DNA from: Candidatus Gastranaerophilaceae bacterium
Lineage (GTDB): Bacteria > Cyanobacteriota > Vampirovibrionia > Gastranaerophilales > Gastranaerophilaceae
Length of the DNA: 64,000 nucleotides
Reading direction: 5' to 3'
Assembly (NCBI GenBank): GCA_051874955.1
Contig: JBJEGJ010000055.1
Coordinates: 127,094 to 191,093 of the forward strand
The notes under the pieces are model-generated. The model was not told the origin of the DNA, did no database searches, and saw only the letters and a program-made list of their open reading frames with translations. Positions 1-9,045 of this stretch are shown one piece after another (within the stretch, counting starts at the first letter, position 1; every line of letters begins with the position of its first letter). The translations under genes were made by a program, and so were the position numbers.

Positions 1-619
1 TTGAAATGTTTTGCCCCACAAGCATTACGCCTATACATTTATTCACCGAAATCATAGGCACAATTACAGAACTCGTTTTTACAAGATACGGTATGTTTAG
101 ATAATTAATGTTGTCTTTATTAATAATATTTTTTGTTGTGAAACTTTCTATTATAGGATTTTTTTCATCTGACAGAAATACTTTTGAGGAATAAGTATTT
201 TTTGTTTTGCTGTAAAGTTTTAGGTTGATACATTTGGATTTTTCGTGGTACAGACCAAACGCTACAAAGCTCCATTTTAACTTGGTTACAAATATGTCAT
301 TTAACCGCGCAAACAAATCAACCATATTTTTGTTTTCTCTGAAAGCCTCAGAAAGGTTTTCCATAATTTCAAAATAATTGATGTTGTTGTTTGTTTGTGT
401 GTCGTTTTCGGTTATTGTATTTGTGTAGGTTTTCGGTTTGGTTTTTATGCTGTTGAAACTGTTAATTGTTTCAACAATGCTTGTCAGGCTTGCTTCTTCC
501 GCAATGGAAATAGGTTTGATAAGGTTATCAAGTTTGTTTTTCGTTTGTTTTAGTTTCGTTTGTTCGGCAGAAAGCTCCTGTATCTTTTCGGATTCAGGAG
601 TGACAGGTACGGAAATCAT
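1..619 (-). CDS. Hypothetical protein, truncated by the window edge. The N-terminal half is K/T/N-rich and the distal part looks like the start of a GAF-like sensor fold.
   Basis: My own reverse-strand translation is uninterrupted from ATG 619 to position 2 (MISVPVTPESEKIQELSAEQTKLKQ...SSVIVPMISVNKCIGVMLVGQNIS). An in-frame TTG at 718 is an alternative start, and there is a stop at 725-727. It is absent from the track because it has no stop inside the window. Track ORF 438..698 (+) is its low-complexity antisense shadow. Confidence 0.45.
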   Translation of the reverse strand, partial: MISVPVTPESEKIQELSAEQTKLKQTKNKLDNLIKPISIAEEASLTSIVETINSFNSIKTKPKTYTNTITENDTQTNNNINYFEIMENLSEAFRENKNMVDLFARLNDIFVTKLKWSFVAFGLYHEKSKCINLKLYSKTKNTYSSKVFLSDEKNPIIESFTTKNIINKDNINYLNIPYLVKTSSVIVPMISVNKCIGVMLVGQNIS

Positions 620-981
620 TTTTGTTCCCTTTATCGGACTACTCACCGTTTTAGGAACTGTTGATTTTTTCCCTTTTTGTTTTATTTTTTCTTTTTGACT
701 ATTTTTTGTGTTTTCCAAACGAATCTACCTATATCTTTTCCTATAAGTTCTGTAAAAAAGAAATTTTAATATAAAATCAAAATTTTTTTACATTACTCAA
801 CAATTCTACCTGATACTATATTAAAATCAATCCTGCAAACAGACGGCAAATTCGTGCATAACAATTTGCCAACCTCTGAATCCTATATCTTACTACATAT
901 ATAGTATAACTTATTTTGTCATATTTTACCAGTGTTTTGGTGGTGTTTTGTTAATATATGTAACAATTGTAATTAAATTTC

Positions 982-1009
982 TAAAGATTTTGTCAACTCA
1001 AACCGATAA
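982..1009 (+). promoter_or_regulatory. Weaker sigma-28-like promoter candidate (TAAAGATT ... CCGATAA)
   Basis: TAAA lies at 982-985 and CCGATAA at 1003-1009. The gap is 17 nt versus 16 in the consensus, and A replaces the G of GCCGATAA. It sits 38 nt upstream of the ATG at 1047. Confidence 0.3.
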
Positions 1010-1046
1010 AGATAATGTAAGCAGAAAACTTTAAGGAGTGTATAAA

Positions 1047-1256
1047 ATGACAGAGAAAAAGATTATGGATGTAGAAGATTTAATGATTGATTATGCTGAG
1101 ATGACCAGTTTTGATTTTGGTTCATTGTCAGATGAAGAAATGAATACATTGAATAAAATTACCAACAGTGAATATTCAAAAAAGCCTTATCCGTTTAAAT
1201 ACGGGAATTTCAAATTGGTTGATTTTTTTCATTCCCTACTAACTGAACAAGGCTAA
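1047..1256 (+). CDS. Small hypothetical protein (69 aa from the ATG)
   Basis: AAGGAG at 1033-1038 lies 8 nt before ATG 1047. The track start at 1038 is a GTG inside the RBS. I recognise no motif. Confidence 0.45.
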   Translation: MTEKKIMDVEDLMIDYAEMTSFDFGSLSDEEMNTLNKITNSEYSKKPYPFKYGNFKLVDFFHSLLTEQG

Positions 1257-1283
1257 TAGCTGTTGATTTTGGAGATATGTGTA

Positions 1284-1514
1284 ATGAACGAAAAAGAATT
1301 ATTTGAAAAAGGATGTTTTCTGCCTTGCTGGGCTGAGGATACTATAGAAAATTCGACAAATGTATCTGAGCTATATCCAAGGCAGAACAAGGATTTACAA
1401 ACTTTGCTGAATGAATTGTCCGAGATTGAAGAAAGAATTCAGGATATTCAGGCAAGACAATGGAATTTGGCAAAGTTAATCCATTTTCATGAAAATAACT
1501 TTACTACCAAATAA
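1284..1514 (+). CDS. Small hypothetical protein (76 aa from the ATG), helical C-terminus
   Basis: GGAG at 1271-1274 lies 9 nt before ATG 1284. A terminator follows. Confidence 0.45.
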   Translation: MNEKELFEKGCFLPCWAEDTIENSTNVSELYPRQNKDLQTLLNELSEIEERIQDIQARQWNLAKLIHFHENNFTTK

Positions 1515-1545
1515 ATAACGACTACCAGACAGATTTCAAATGAAA

Positions 1546-1577
1546 AGCCATAATCGGAATTATGGCTATTTTTTTTT
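1546..1577 (+). terminator. Rho-independent terminator
   Basis: The stem is AGCCATAAT/ATTATGGCT with loop CGGA, followed by a run of 9 T. It lies between convergent genes. Confidence 0.75.
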
Positions 1578-1600
1578 GAAGTTCAATTTTCGGGATTACA

Positions 1601-1831
1601 TTATGCCGTTTTTCTTGGTTGTTCCGGTTCTCCCACAGTTTTTATAAGCGTGTCGATTACTTTTGGCATTTGGCAAATAAAAGAATAATGACCGTTTCTG
1701 AGTGAACATTTTTTGCAGTCACAATTTATGTAGTAACATTCAAGCGCTTGTTCCGTCCAATTTTGAGTAATTGATTCGGACATTTCGTCGTTGCCGGGTG
1801 TATAGAAACCCTCATCAAATAACATTTCCAT
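1601..1831 (-). CDS. Small five-Cys protein, paralogue of 13829..14050
   Basis: Shared motif W-T-x2-ALECY-x3-C-x-C-x2-C ... CQM ... V-G-x-P. A putative metal-binding knuckle. Confidence 0.6.
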   Translation of the reverse strand: MEMLFDEGFYTPGNDEMSESITQNWTEQALECYYINCDCKKCSLRNGHYSFICQMPKVIDTLIKTVGEPEQPRKTA

Positions 1832-1934
1832 ACAAATCTCCTAAAATTCTTAATACCTGCCCACTTCTATTCTAAATAATCAAGGTGTGATTTTAATCCT
1901 CTATTTAAATGATTTGTGTTAGAATAATTATTAT

Positions 1935-2372
1935 ATGGAATTTCAGATTAGAAAAATGGAAAAATTAGACAGGGCGGAAATTCTTTCAATGATGAAAGAC
2001 TTTTATTCATCTGATGCGGTTTCTACTAACGGATCTGACGAAATATTTACTGCGGATTTTGAACAATGTGTTAATGACAGTCCATATTTGGACGGTTATG
2101 TTTTTTATAACGAAACTGATATCTTAGGTTATGCCATGTTAGCAAAAAGTTTCTCAACCGAGTTTGGAAAACCGTGTATTTGGTTTGAGGATTTGTATTT
2201 AAAACCGCAATACAGAGGTTTTGGTATTATCAGTTGTTTTATTGATTATGCGGAAAAACTCTATACTGACTCAATTTTTCGCTTAGAGGTCGCAAGTGAA
2301 AATACTCAAGCTCTCCATGTTTATAAAAAACTCGGTTATAAAGAGTTATCTTATATAGAAATGAAAAAATAA
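1935..2372 (+). CDS. GNAT family N-acetyltransferase
   Basis: 145 aa with an acetyl-CoA binding-like segment (QYRGFGIIS) and typical GNAT length and topology. Confidence 0.75.
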   Translation: MEFQIRKMEKLDRAEILSMMKDFYSSDAVSTNGSDEIFTADFEQCVNDSPYLDGYVFYNETDILGYAMLAKSFSTEFGKPCIWFEDLYLKPQYRGFGIISCFIDYAEKLYTDSIFRLEVASENTQALHVYKKLGYKELSYIEMKK

Positions 2373-2447
2373 AGTAATCTTTTAAGTTTTGTTTTTGTGT
2401 ATAGTATTTATAATAAAAAGGAAATTTAAAGCTGTATTGTTACTTTC

Positions 2448-2476
2448 TTGACAATATTCGATAAATTTAATATTCT
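2448..2476 (+). promoter_or_regulatory. Sigma-70-type promoter for rubrerythrin
   Basis: TTGACA (2448-2453), a 17-nt spacer, then TATTCT (2471-2476). Confidence 0.5.
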
Positions 2477-2550
2477 CAAAATAAGTAGTAAATAGGAAGT
2501 TTCGGAGCAGATTGGATATAAAAAACGCTCCGTAAATAAAGGAGAAAATT

Positions 2551-3090
2551 ATGGAATTGAAAGGGTCAAAGACTGAAAAGAATTTAATGACAGCGTTTGC
2601 CGGTGAATCAGAAGCGAGAAATAAATATACTTATTATGCTTCTCAAGCTAAAAAGGACGGTTATGTTCAGATAAGTAAAATATTTGAAGAAACTGCAAAC
2701 AATGAAAAAGAACATGCAAAATTGTGGTTCAAATACTTACATGGCGGGAAAATACCTTCAACAACAGAAAATCTTGAAGATGCCGCAAACGGTGAAAATT
2801 ATGAATGGACAGAAATGTATGCAACTTTTGCAAAAGAAGCAAAGGAAGAAGGATTTGAAGATTTGGCATTTTTGTTTGATGCGGTTGCAAAAATTGAAAA
2901 ACATCACGAAGAAAGATATAGAAAATTGTTAAACGCTATTAATGAAAAAACTGTGTTTGAAAAAGACAAAGATATTATTTGGGAATGTGCAAATTGCGGG
3001 CATGTATATATCGGACCGAAAGCGTTAGAATTATGTCCTGTTTGTAAGCACCCTCAAGCATATTTTGCAGAAAAAGCTAATAATTACTAA
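2551..3090 (+). CDS. rbr: Rubrerythrin
   Basis: N-terminal ferritin-like di-iron domain (ExxH pairs: [17 protein letters not shown]) plus a C-terminal rubredoxin-like CANCG...CPVC. A strong RBS (AAGGAG) is present. Confidence 0.92.
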   Translation: MELKGSKTEKNLMTAFAGESEARNKYTYYASQAKKDGYVQISKIFEETANNEKEHAKLWFKYLHGGKIPSTTENLEDAANGENYEWTEMYATFAKEAKEEGFEDLAFLFDAVAKIEKHHEERYRKLLNAINEKTVFEKDKDIIWECANCGHVYIGPKALELCPVCKHPQAYFAEKANNY

Positions 3091-3112
3091 AAACGAAATA
3101 ATTAAATTATAT

Positions 3113-3161
3113 AAAAATCCTAAAAATAAAACTTGGCTAAAAAGTTGTTTTTAGGATTTTT
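3113..3161 (+). terminator. AT-rich hairpin terminator after rbr
   Basis: AAAAATCCTAAAAA ... TTTTTAGGATTTTT followed by T residues. Confidence 0.45.
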
Positions 3162-3286
3162 TATTGCAAATTTGAACCGAGTTATAATGAAAATTCTTGC
3201 AAAAATTGTGCTTATAAAGATTTTTGTAATATGAACGGATTTTAATAAAGTATATTTTAGGCAGAAATTTGTGCTATACTTGAATT

Positions 3287-3766
3287 ATGAGAGAAAAAGA
3301 AGTAAATAAGTATTATGCTTCATATACGGAATCTTTGGAATTTGCTGCGGAAACATTTTCAAAGCTTTGCAAACTTGTAATGCGTAATATACATAAGGAA
3401 ATGAATTTCCCAATCAGCCATGAAGAATATATTATTCTTGAAATTATACATTTAAATCCCGGAATTATCCAACTTGATATTGCAAAAAAACTTTATATCC
3501 AAAGGTCTTATGTCGGTAAATTGATTTTGAAACTCGAAAAAATGGGCTTAATCCGTAGAGAACAATCCATAAAAGGTAAAGGTAAAATTATTATGCGAAC
3601 TCATATTACCAAAGACGGATTTGCAATTTATAAAAAAATAAGAAAACGAATTGTGACAGAGTTAAGCAAACATAGCGATATAGAATTAGCGGAGGCACAG
3701 AAAATGACAAAGGATTTGTTTGATGTAGTTTCATCACTTTCTGTTGCGTACAATGTAAAATTATAA
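3287..3766 (+). CDS. MarR family transcriptional regulator
   Basis: 159 aa winged-HTH (LDIAKKLYIQRSYVGKLILKLEKMGLIRRE). It sits directly upstream of an MFS efflux gene. Confidence 0.85.
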   Translation: MREKEVNKYYASYTESLEFAAETFSKLCKLVMRNIHKEMNFPISHEEYIILEIIHLNPGIIQLDIAKKLYIQRSYVGKLILKLEKMGLIRREQSIKGKGKIIMRTHITKDGFAIYKKIRKRIVTELSKHSDIELAEAQKMTKDLFDVVSSLSVAYNVKL

Positions 3767-3768
3767 TA

Positions 3769-3796
3769 TTGACAACTCAAAATTTTTTTGTATCAT
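3769..3796 (+). promoter_or_regulatory. Sigma-70-type promoter of the MFS efflux gene
   Basis: TTGACA (3769-3774), a 16-nt spacer, then TATCAT (3791-3796). Confidence 0.55.
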
Positions 3797-3797
3797 G

Positions 3798-3817
3798 AAT
3801 GTGGAATATTCCACATT
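3798..3817. promoter_or_regulatory. Perfect 10+10 inverted repeat, candidate MarR operator
   Basis: AATGTGGAAT|ATTCCACATT starts 2 nt after the -10 hexamer and lies before the RBS of the efflux gene. Confidence 0.6.
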
Positions 3818-3835
3818 ATAAATTTGAGGTGAATA

Positions 3836-5374
3836 ATGTCAGAACAAGCAAAACAAATAAATCCGTGGATTTTATTGATACCGACGATGTTGGCAGCATT
3901 TATGTTTGCGTTGGATGAAACTATTGCAAATATTGCATTACCACACATTGCAGGTTCTTTTTCGGTAAGTTCTCAAGAATCTATTTGGGTTTTGACAAGT
4001 TATCTTATTGCCAGTTGCTTAACTATACCGATGATTGACTGGATGAGCCGTTTAATGGGGCGAAAAAATGCTTTTATGGCGTGTGTTTTATTATTTACGG
4101 TAGCTTCTTTTTTATGCGGAATTTCATCTTCTATGGGGATGATGGTAATATCTCGTTTCTTACAAGGTCTTGGGGGAGGTGTTTTAATCCCAATTGCACA
4201 GGCCATTGTTATGGAAAATTTTGAGGGTGATGAACTATCTTATGCCAGTACTATTTTTGGATTAGTCGTAATTATTGCACCAATTATAGGGCCGGTGTTG
4301 GGTGGTTGGATAACCGAAAATTTTTCGTGGCACTGGGTATTTTTTATTAATGTGCCAATTGGGATTTTAATTTTAATTATGTCGGTTACGATGATAGTTG
4401 ATCCGCCTTATGCGCAAAAACAGGCAAATGTAAAAACCGATTATTGGGGAATATTATTTTTGTGTCTTTTTGCCGTTGCGTTTGAAGTAATGATGGATAA
4501 GGGGAATGATTTAGATTGGTTTGCATCCCCGTTTATATGTAAATTGACCGTAATATGGGTAATTGCGTTGATACTTTTAATTATTTCTCAAATAAAACAA
4601 AAAGATTCTCTTGTGAAATTTGATGCTTTTAAGGATTACAATTTTGTAATGGGTACGATTTGTCTGACGATAATGAATGCTATTTTACTTGCGTCAATGG
4701 CAATGTTGCCACAGTTTATGCAAATAATGATGGGTTATGATTCATTTACAAGCGGCTGTACGATGATGCCAAGAGGAATAGGGTGTCTGATTGGTTGTTT
4801 ATTAAGCGGACTTTTACAACCGAAGGTGGATGGGCGTATATTATCTGCGATTGGTGTTGCGATTTTGTGTTTTGGCAGTTGGTCATTAGGGTTTATAAAC
4901 TTGGAAATTTCTCCGATGTCTGTTGCCATTCCAAATGTTATGTATGGCATTGGTATGAGCTTGGGTATGGTTCCAATTATTACAATTTCATGTAAAACAA
5001 TTGCGGCGGAAAGAATGTCTAATGCAAGCGGATTACAGAATTTTATTAAAACTGTTGGCGGAGCTGTAGGTACTTCTCTTGTTGCAACATTTGTTTCAAG
5101 ATTTTCTCAAACTCATCAGTTTATGCTTGTAAAAAATTTATCGGAAACAAATCCGCTATTTCAAGAAAGAGTTCAAGCTTATACATCTTCATTTATACAG
5201 TCGACAGATGCTAATACGGCGCTGTATATGAGTAAACAGCTTTTGTATAATCAAATGTTAGTCCAAGCAAAACTTTGGGCTTATATTGATTCGTTTAGAG
5301 TTTTTGCACTTGCGGGTGTTGTAATACTTGTTCTTATTTTTGCACTAAAAAATGATAAAAAACAAAGTACATAA
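3836..5374 (+). CDS. MFS transporter, DHA2 (EmrB/QacA-like, 14-TMS) drug efflux family
   Basis: 512 aa and multi-TM. It has the N-terminal motif LDETIANIALPHIAGSF, typical of EmrB-type exporters. Confidence 0.85.
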   Translation: MSEQAKQINPWILLIPTMLAAFMFALDETIANIALPHIAGSFSVSSQESIWVLTSYLIASCLTIPMIDWMSRLMGRKNAFMACVLLFTVASFLCGISSSMGMMVISRFLQGLGGGVLIPIAQAIVMENFEGDELSYASTIFGLVVIIAPIIGPVLGGWITENFSWHWVFFINVPIGILILIMSVTMIVDPPYAQKQANVKTDYWGILFLCLFAVAFEVMMDKGNDLDWFASPFICKLTVIWVIALILLIISQIKQKDSLVKFDAFKDYNFVMGTICLTIMNAILLASMAMLPQFMQIMMGYDSFTSGCTMMPRGIGCLIGCLLSGLLQPKVDGRILSAIGVAILCFGSWSLGFINLEISPMSVAIPNVMYGIGMSLGMVPIITISCKTIAAERMSNASGLQNFIKTVGGAVGTSLVATFVSRFSQTHQFMLVKNLSETNPLFQERVQAYTSSFIQSTDANTALYMSKQLLYNQMLVQAKLWAYIDSFRVFALAGVVILVLIFALKNDKKQST

Positions 5375-5385
5375 CGGAGGTAATT

Positions 5386-6411
5386 ATGTTTTCAAATCTT
5401 TTTCAAAAATATATTACGGTAAAAAATATTATATTTTTCGTAGTTGCAATCATATTTATTGTGTTTATGATTAAAATTCAGGATATTGCGTTGATGTTTT
5501 TTGCATCATACGTAGTAGCGTGTTCTTTAAATCCGCTTGTTGATAAAATTCCTGAAAAAATAAATAGGAATGTCGCTTCAGCTTTAGTATTGTGCGGTGC
5601 AATAGTTTTTGTTGCATTATTTTTTGTTCCGATGTTTGTAATTGCAGGTCATGAAATTGCGGGACTTGCAAATTCATTTCCTCAATATGTAGAAAATTTA
5701 AAAACTTATATAGACCATGTTCCTTTCATAAACACTTCTGCAACAGCTCAACTTGATATAGGAAGTGTTTTGAGTTCTGCAACCGGTGCTACAACGCAGG
5801 TTTTTGGGGATGTGATAAATGTAGGAAAAAATATCGGTTCCGGTGTTGTTTATTTAATCACTTCGGTTATGTTGATATATTATTTTATGGTTGATAACAA
5901 AAAGTTGAAACAAAGCTGGTTAAAACTTTTCCCGTCTGATATGAGAAATAAGGCTAATTCGGTTATGGATACAATAGCGGAAAAAGTCGGAGGGTATGTA
6001 ATTGCTCAAGTTGCGACTATGGCAAGTGTAGGTTTAATTATGACGTTCGGTTTGTTGTTGCTAAAAGTTGATTATGCTCTTTTGTTAGGTTTAATAACGG
6101 CAGTGCTTGATATTATTCCTGTTGTTGGACCGGCACTCGCTTTAATTATAGCTTTGGTTGTTTGTTATAAATCAGGACCGTTGATATTAGGAATGGTGGT
6201 TTTGGTATTCTCAATTGCGCAACTCTCGGAAAATACCTTTGTCAGACCATTTGTATTTGGTAAATTTCTTGATTTGCATCCGGTTGTAATATATTTATTC
6301 TTATTTATTGCGGCTAAATATATGGGTGTTGTCGGTGTAATCTTTGCGCCTGCAATTGCTGCAACGGTTACTGTTTTGGTAGATGAATTGTATGTGAAAA
6401 ATCTGGATTAG
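5386..6411 (+). CDS. AI-2E family transporter (PerM/YhhT-like permease)
   Basis: 341 aa with about 8 TM segments. Characteristic segments include GYVIAQVATMASVG and ITAVLDIIPVVGP. Confidence 0.8.
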   Translation: MFSNLFQKYITVKNIIFFVVAIIFIVFMIKIQDIALMFFASYVVACSLNPLVDKIPEKINRNVASALVLCGAIVFVALFFVPMFVIAGHEIAGLANSFPQYVENLKTYIDHVPFINTSATAQLDIGSVLSSATGATTQVFGDVINVGKNIGSGVVYLITSVMLIYYFMVDNKKLKQSWLKLFPSDMRNKANSVMDTIAEKVGGYVIAQVATMASVGLIMTFGLLLLKVDYALLLGLITAVLDIIPVVGPALALIIALVVCYKSGPLILGMVVLVFSIAQLSENTFVRPFVFGKFLDLHPVVIYLFLFIAAKYMGVVGVIFAPAIAATVTVLVDELYVKNLD

Positions 6412-6422
6412 GGTAAGTTTTA

Positions 6423-6599
6423 ATGTGTGCTGATGATTTTGTTTTAATATTAAGTGAAATTTGCAAAACGGATGAATTTTTGAATAAATTTCCTGACATA
6501 AAAAATAAAAATCCAAGATTATTATCTGAGGAAGATAATGAAAGGTTGAGAATTTTGTTAATAAAGTGTCAGGAAATTTTGAAAAATTATATTGAATAG
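6423..6599 (+). CDS. Possible small ORF (58 aa), not in the track
   Basis: My own translation gives MCADDFVLILSEICKTDEFLNKFPDIKNKNPRLLSEEDNERLRILLIKCQEILKNYIE. It fills an otherwise empty 190-nt gap. I see no clear RBS. Confidence 0.3.
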   Translation: MCADDFVLILSEICKTDEFLNKFPDIKNKNPRLLSEEDNERLRILLIKCQEILKNYIE

Positions 6600-6605
6600 A
6601 AATTC

Positions 6606-8972
6606 TTAGTGCATGCCTTTGTCTGAGAAAATATCAAAATAATAATCATTTTTGCTTGATAAAAGTCTGTCATCTTTGCCCATAATTTTTAATTCCATGC
6701 GATATTTGGCAGCTTTATTGTTGCGTCCGGTATTTTTGATACCTGCGCAGCCCTTATCTCCGGCAAATGTTGAAAGTGCATTTTCAAATAAGTTAAAGTA
6801 CTCTAAACATTGCGGATATTTGTATTTGTTATATATAGCTTGTTTTGCTTTGGCGGCAATTGTTGTTTTAATCGGCTTGTCGTTTTCATTGATTTTGATA
6901 AAAGACGATGTGTCAGAATTTATGTAATCATTTTCGATAATGTGTTTTAAAATAGTTTTATCAGTATCTTTTTTCGGGTCAAAAATTTCTGTTATTTTAA
7001 GTATAGATTTTTGCTGTTCAGGTGCCAAATCTTTGTAATCATCATATTTACACAGGTATTCTATAGCATGAGCTTTATCTTTTGTTATTATTTGAGAAAT
7101 AATTTCGGCATTGTTGATTACTTCACAGCATTCAGGATAACTGTCTACAATTTCCGAATTTATTAAATATTTTCCTGCTTTATCAATATCTATACTGCCA
7201 TCGGCATTGGTTGCGTATTGCAAAGCTTTTTTGAAAACTTCATTTTGTAAAGATGATTTTTGATATGTCATATACTTATCCCATCTTCTCAATGAGGTTT
7301 CTAATTTGTATTTATCTACTGATTTGCTGTCAGATGAGGTATATTGTTGAATAATTTTAACCAAATCCTTTGCGTTATTTATTTCTTGTTCATTAATATT
7401 TTTTGGTTCATATTTTGAACAGGTCAGAGCAATATTATTAAGGTTATTGGCATATAATATATTTATTGCATCGTTAAATTCTTTTTGTGCCGTGCTTAAT
7501 TTAAGTGCCATTTTTTGTTTTTGTTTTGCAAGTTGTTCGGCTTTTTGAATTTCCAGTTCGTTCAGTTTATCTGTACCTCTTGGTCGGAGGTCTTTTTCGA
7601 GGATATTACTAAGCAGTTCTTCGGTTGTTATTTTTCCGTCATAAGCGTCATCAAGTTCTCTGAGAAATTTTATTAACACGTTGATATCTTCGTCTGTAAA
7701 TTTACAAGTACCAAAGTTGATAATGTGGTTTAATACTTGTTCATTTTGCCCTATTTCTGTAGTGAAAAATGATTCCAAACGGGTTTGGAATTCTTCGACA
7801 TCATAACCTTCATAATATCGTTGATACTGTAATAAGTTATTTCCGTCTTTATTAATTGTCTTCACTTTTTCCGGTATTTTCCCAAATTTGTATTCGGTAT
7901 CCCTAAGGGAACTTAACTTTATTTCTTTATCGCCGTCTGTATAGACAATCTCGTTAATTTTCTTGCCTTCAAGATAGTGTTTTTTTATAGAAGATAAAAC
8001 AAAATCATCAAAATCGGTTGTGAGTAATTTGATATCAATATCGGAGATTAGGTTATTTTTTGCTTTATAGTTTGTCGGGACAGAAAGAATTGAACCTTTT
8101 TCTTTTAATTTTTGATAGGAGTCAAAAACCGAATTTGTAAAGCTGGTGACGATTTTCCTTGCAAACATTTCACGGTCTATCGGATACTTTTTAGCCACAT
8201 TATCTGCGACTTCGTATATTTTTTTCTCAATTAATGCTACAAGAGCTTGTTGGTTGTTACTTTCCGAGAGTTTGTCAAATTCTATGTAAAAATCTCTTGT
8301 CAAAGTTGATACTATTTTTGAAGATATAACATCTTCAGGGCATTTTGGGGTTCTGATTTTAGGGAAAAGTTTATGTAGTTCTTCAATGCTTTTGATATCT
8401 TTAAGTGCGTCATAATGCTCCAGCCATACTTTTTGCAGGTTAAAATTCCCTTCTTGTAAGGCGGTTTTGAACTTGTTTAGCAAAACGTAATCAACACGTT
8501 CATCTTCTTTTTGTTTTGGTTGTTCTTTTGGTTTGGATGTTTTTTGTTTTTCCAAAATATTAAATTCTTTTTTTAAAGCTCTTGCTCTGTCGTATTTTTG
8601 TTTGTTTGACAGTGTAGAATCTTTCATCAATTCTTCTATTTCTTCGACGAGTTTTTGCATCTTTTCACGTCTTCTTTGCATAGCTTTTATCATGTTGTCA
8701 ACCATGCCGAAAATACGGTCAAAAATTTCAATATCTTCGCATTGCGTAGATAAAAGAGTATTGATTTGATGAAGTAAATTATTTTTTTTTGTTAGCAAGT
8801 CAATTTTTTTATGTTTGATATTATAAATTGCGCAAAACGGAATTTGTGAATAGTCGGTTTTAATTTCCGGACTTTCAATATTTTCTGCAGATGTTACATT
8901 ATCTGCTGTTTTTTTAGCAGGTTTTTGTATCAAATTTGTATTATACTGGTAATAATTATTATTTATATGCAT
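6606..8972 (-). CDS. Large hypothetical protein, K/E/N/D-rich with coiled-coil stretches and no signal peptide
   Basis: 788-aa uninterrupted ORF. I recognise no catalytic motif. The N-terminus MHINNNYYQYNTNLIQKP is unusual. Confidence 0.7.
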   Translation of the reverse strand: MHINNNYYQYNTNLIQKPAKKTADNVTSAENIESPEIKTDYSQIPFCAIYNIKHKKIDLLTKKNNLLHQINTLLSTQCEDIEIFDRIFGMVDNMIKAMQRRREKMQKLVEEIEELMKDSTLSNKQKYDRARALKKEFNILEKQKTSKPKEQPKQKEDERVDYVLLNKFKTALQEGNFNLQKVWLEHYDALKDIKSIEELHKLFPKIRTPKCPEDVISSKIVSTLTRDFYIEFDKLSESNNQQALVALIEKKIYEVADNVAKKYPIDREMFARKIVTSFTNSVFDSYQKLKEKGSILSVPTNYKAKNNLISDIDIKLLTTDFDDFVLSSIKKHYLEGKKINEIVYTDGDKEIKLSSLRDTEYKFGKIPEKVKTINKDGNNLLQYQRYYEGYDVEEFQTRLESFFTTEIGQNEQVLNHIINFGTCKFTDEDINVLIKFLRELDDAYDGKITTEELLSNILEKDLRPRGTDKLNELEIQKAEQLAKQKQKMALKLSTAQKEFNDAINILYANNLNNIALTCSKYEPKNINEQEINNAKDLVKIIQQYTSSDSKSVDKYKLETSLRRWDKYMTYQKSSLQNEVFKKALQYATNADGSIDIDKAGKYLINSEIVDSYPECCEVINNAEIISQIITKDKAHAIEYLCKYDDYKDLAPEQQKSILKITEIFDPKKDTDKTILKHIIENDYINSDTSSFIKINENDKPIKTTIAAKAKQAIYNKYKYPQCLEYFNLFENALSTFAGDKGCAGIKNTGRNNKAAKYRMELKIMGKDDRLLSSKNDYYFDIFSDKGMH

Positions 8973-9045
8973 ACTACACCTTTATTACTATTAATGTTTT
9001 TTTTATGCTTTTTTTGATTAATTTACTATTTATATTAATAAAGAT

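Noticed and set aside
438-698. Track ORF of 86 aa (plus strand)
   Set aside because: Its composition is low-complexity and Phe/Leu/Val-rich. It lies antisense to a longer, edge-truncated minus-strand frame with protein-like sequence.
2684-2932. Nested or antisense ORFs inside confidently assigned genes
   Set aside because: Each lies within a longer ORF that carries clear family motifs, and none has independent support. Examples are 2684..2932, 4000..4206, 4735..4995, 11058..11285, 15226..15570, 19566..19859, 32898..33311, 35854..36351, 41320..41724 and 55186..56239.
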